In this document: in pieces, positions 61,587-64,000 of the stretch | Layout: each line of letters starts with the position of its first letter | How positions within the stretch are numbered: the first letter of the stretch is position 1 | Source of the DNA: Moniliella sp. 'wahieum' | Taxonomy: Eukaryota | Assembly: GCA_003971905.1 (NCBI GenBank) | Contig: RSEE01000079.1 | Coordinates: 124,001 to 188,000 of the forward strand | Length of the DNA stretch: 64,000 nt | Direction: 5' to 3' | Position numbers and translations under genes: made by a program | Notes under the pieces: generated by a model | What the model was told of the DNA's origin: nothing | What the model saw: only the letters and a program-made list of their open reading frames with translations | Databases searched by the model: none

Positions 61587-64000
61587 CGTGAGATGGGTGC
61601 TGGCTGAGTACTCAGGCTGAGTACTCTGGCGAGTGCTGGGTTAGGTGAGTGTGCTGAGGATGGCGCTGTGTGCTTGCCGGTTGCGCAACGAGGCAGAGCG
61701 TATTTAAGCTGTACCAGCGGGGATGGGCCGGTGGCAAGTAGCAGTGCGTCTCAGCACACCCGTCTGTTGGCCACCCTCGGGGCTAGAGGCAAGAGCCCGT
61801 CGGAAGAGTTCGACAGTGTGTGGTTTCTGGGGTTTGGTACTGGCAGGCACGCTGGCTGCCGGTCGAACCTGTGGGGTGCATTATGTGAGACGGAATGTGT
61901 GACAACACCATTATGATATGCATGGCCCGGCCAGATCAATTTGGTAAGTATGCAGTATGTACGGTACGAAAAAAACGATAATCGATAAGATCGAACATCG
62001 ATACAGCGAGCAACAGGCCATTCCAAACCCACTGGCGACCGCCGCTCTCGATCGAGAGGAGGATTATCGATGTATCGATGCCTCACTATCATCGATCGCC
62101 AGCACTCATCGTCGGGCCCATTATACAGCCAATGCACGCCAATACTCCCGGCCATCGCGAACCGAGGTGAGTACACTGAGTAACTGAGTACTGAGTAATA
62201 CTCAGACCGAGTACTGAGTCGGGTGTGCTTGGGTGTGCTGTCTGCAACTAAGTACCACTCTAGGTGGCCAGTGACGTTATGACGGCGGTGAGTGACGTGT
62301 GGTGTGTGACATGTGATGGCGGCGAAAGCATCCAAGGGGCCCCAGATGAGTTTGGCAAAGTTCTCCCGTGGTGGGCGGACGAAATGGGCGCACCGAGCGG
62401 CCGCGTGTGCCTGCTTGCGAAGCAGTGCATCTTTCCACATGCCTCACTAGGCAATGGCCAGGCCCATCTGTCGCCCCCGCCCCCCTATCTCACCGGTCAC
62501 CGGCCACCCCCAGACGGATCGAGCCAAGCTCTGCGTGTAGCGCGTAGCACCCTAGTACCCGGTGTCCGGGGTACCGCCTTTCCTGGGCCGTAGGCCTTCT
62601 CACCTGCGACTGAGATTTGGGATCTGAGTCTGAGGTCAGATCGGAGACAGCTCGAGCTAGTCGTTGGCGCTTTCGGTATGCACGTTACGCGTTACATGTT
62701 ACAGCGACTGCTGGCTAGCTTGAGCTTGACGCGTGACTAGGACTAAACTGGTATGGGTGACACGGTGGCCCAGCGCTCAGCGCTGCAGGGCAGGGGCGTG
62801 TAGCGCGTGCAGGGACAGATGCTCAGCCTCGTGGGCTCCATGTATCCTGCGGGTGTGTCGCAGTGGTGACCCTGAGACCTTGTGACTTCCATTCCCAAAC
62901 GGGGGTTTGTGGTCCGTGCCCTCCGCTTTTATCTTCCGTCCCATGTCTGGGCGCCTCCATCGTCCGCACACCACTCGCCATATCGATTCGAACTTCGCAC
63001 AGTAAGGTGCCGGGGTCTCCCTCCCAAACCGCGTCCCAGCCCCAAGGAGCCCAGGGACCATAGGCAAACCTATGGGGTGTCACGGGGGCGTCGCCAGGGG
63101 GCCCGCCCTGGGGTTTTTTGGGGTACAATCCCTTAGGCGACGGTAGGTCGACTCACGGTAGTTTCGGGCTTGGGCTGGTTGGTGTATCCGAGCGGAGCTA
63201 GGGACGAGGAGAGGCCTTTGGTGGGGCGGCTGCACGTGTGGCAAGGCTGCGTCTGCACCGGCTTGGGCCGTAGTAACGTGTCTGAAGCCTCCGGGACTTA
63301 GAGACGGGAGGAGACAGCGGCGGACAAACACTGCCTCAACTGAGACTGGAAATCGATGCGGCCAGAGGAGGGCTCGCGCGACAGGACTGACGAATGGCTG
63401 AGGACGAGATTGGAGGAGATGTCGGACGCTAACAAAAGTAGGCTGCCTGTACTGGATCAATCGGCTGGAAAACGGGCAGGAGTCGCACAGGATAGGCGAG
63501 AGGATAGACAAGGGGGTTGAGACGAGAATGGAAGGTGGGGGAAAAGATCCCCATCAACCAGGGGGGGTACAGGCAGGATCAAAAGGGAAACGGATACAAG
63601 AGGGTTTGTAGAAAGGAAGACATGTCAAAAGCGGGGTTGGTCGCCACAGGCGCGACCGAGAAAGGAAAAGGAAACGGGGACGGGGCGACAGTCGTCGCAA
63701 CGGCACTGGAAGCTCGGTGGCCTTATTTAGGCCGGCCGACTTGGACTTGGGCGGGGGGACTATTGTCGCACGGAGCATGGCCCTTCAGCCACGATGCTTA
63801 ATTTAGCCAACCATCATCACACTTGGTTGGCCTGCGGAGCACGCTCTACTGGGCATGTGCGGAGCAGGCGGGCCTTAGCTTCGGTCGGACCATCTCGAGT
63901 CCGCCGCAGCCCGTGACATGGGGGAGGGAATATGGAAAGAAGCATGCATGACATGTGCGACAGAGGAGATTAGTGAACAAGAACTAGGTATAGGTGCTGA

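Noticed and set aside
1..64000. Palindromic hexamers as cloning/polylinker or restriction-modification artefacts
   Set aside because: They are dispersed through native intergenic DNA, restricted to A....T palindromes in 7-bp phase and matched to their local flanks. No vector sequence was seen.

Overview
Eukaryotic, GC-rich, intron-poor fungal DNA, most likely from a basidiomycete (GT..AG introns with CTRAC branch points, a Zn2Cys6 factor, basidiomycete-type arrestin and PDE1). About 17 protein genes can be assigned to families: hexose transporter, TYS1, Opy2-like protein, TDG/MUG glycosylase, CHO1, Kin4/Ppk1-like kinase, alpha-arrestin, PDE1, split-RING ligase, Zn2Cys6 TF, APC permease, RPL27, RPS23, secreted SLT/lysozyme-like protein, eIF2A, M50B peptidase and GH13_5 amylase. 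Nearly every gene, including essential ones, carries 1-bp frameshifts, which I read as unpolished long-read consensus errors, so gene ends are approximate. The most striking signal is non-coding. Dozens of intergenic sites follow one 7-bp rule: a 5-mer (TNA plus two flanking bases) is duplicated, and the copies are separated by the reverse complement of those two bases. This yields at least 13 different A....T hexamer palindromes in 7-bp phase and resembles the scar of a hairpin-forming cut-and-repair process (P-nucleotide-like footprints). An inverted, permuted duplication carrying a transposase-like relic (25.7-28.1 kb vs 41.4-43.0 kb) provides an internal control, because its two copies differ in exactly these arrays.
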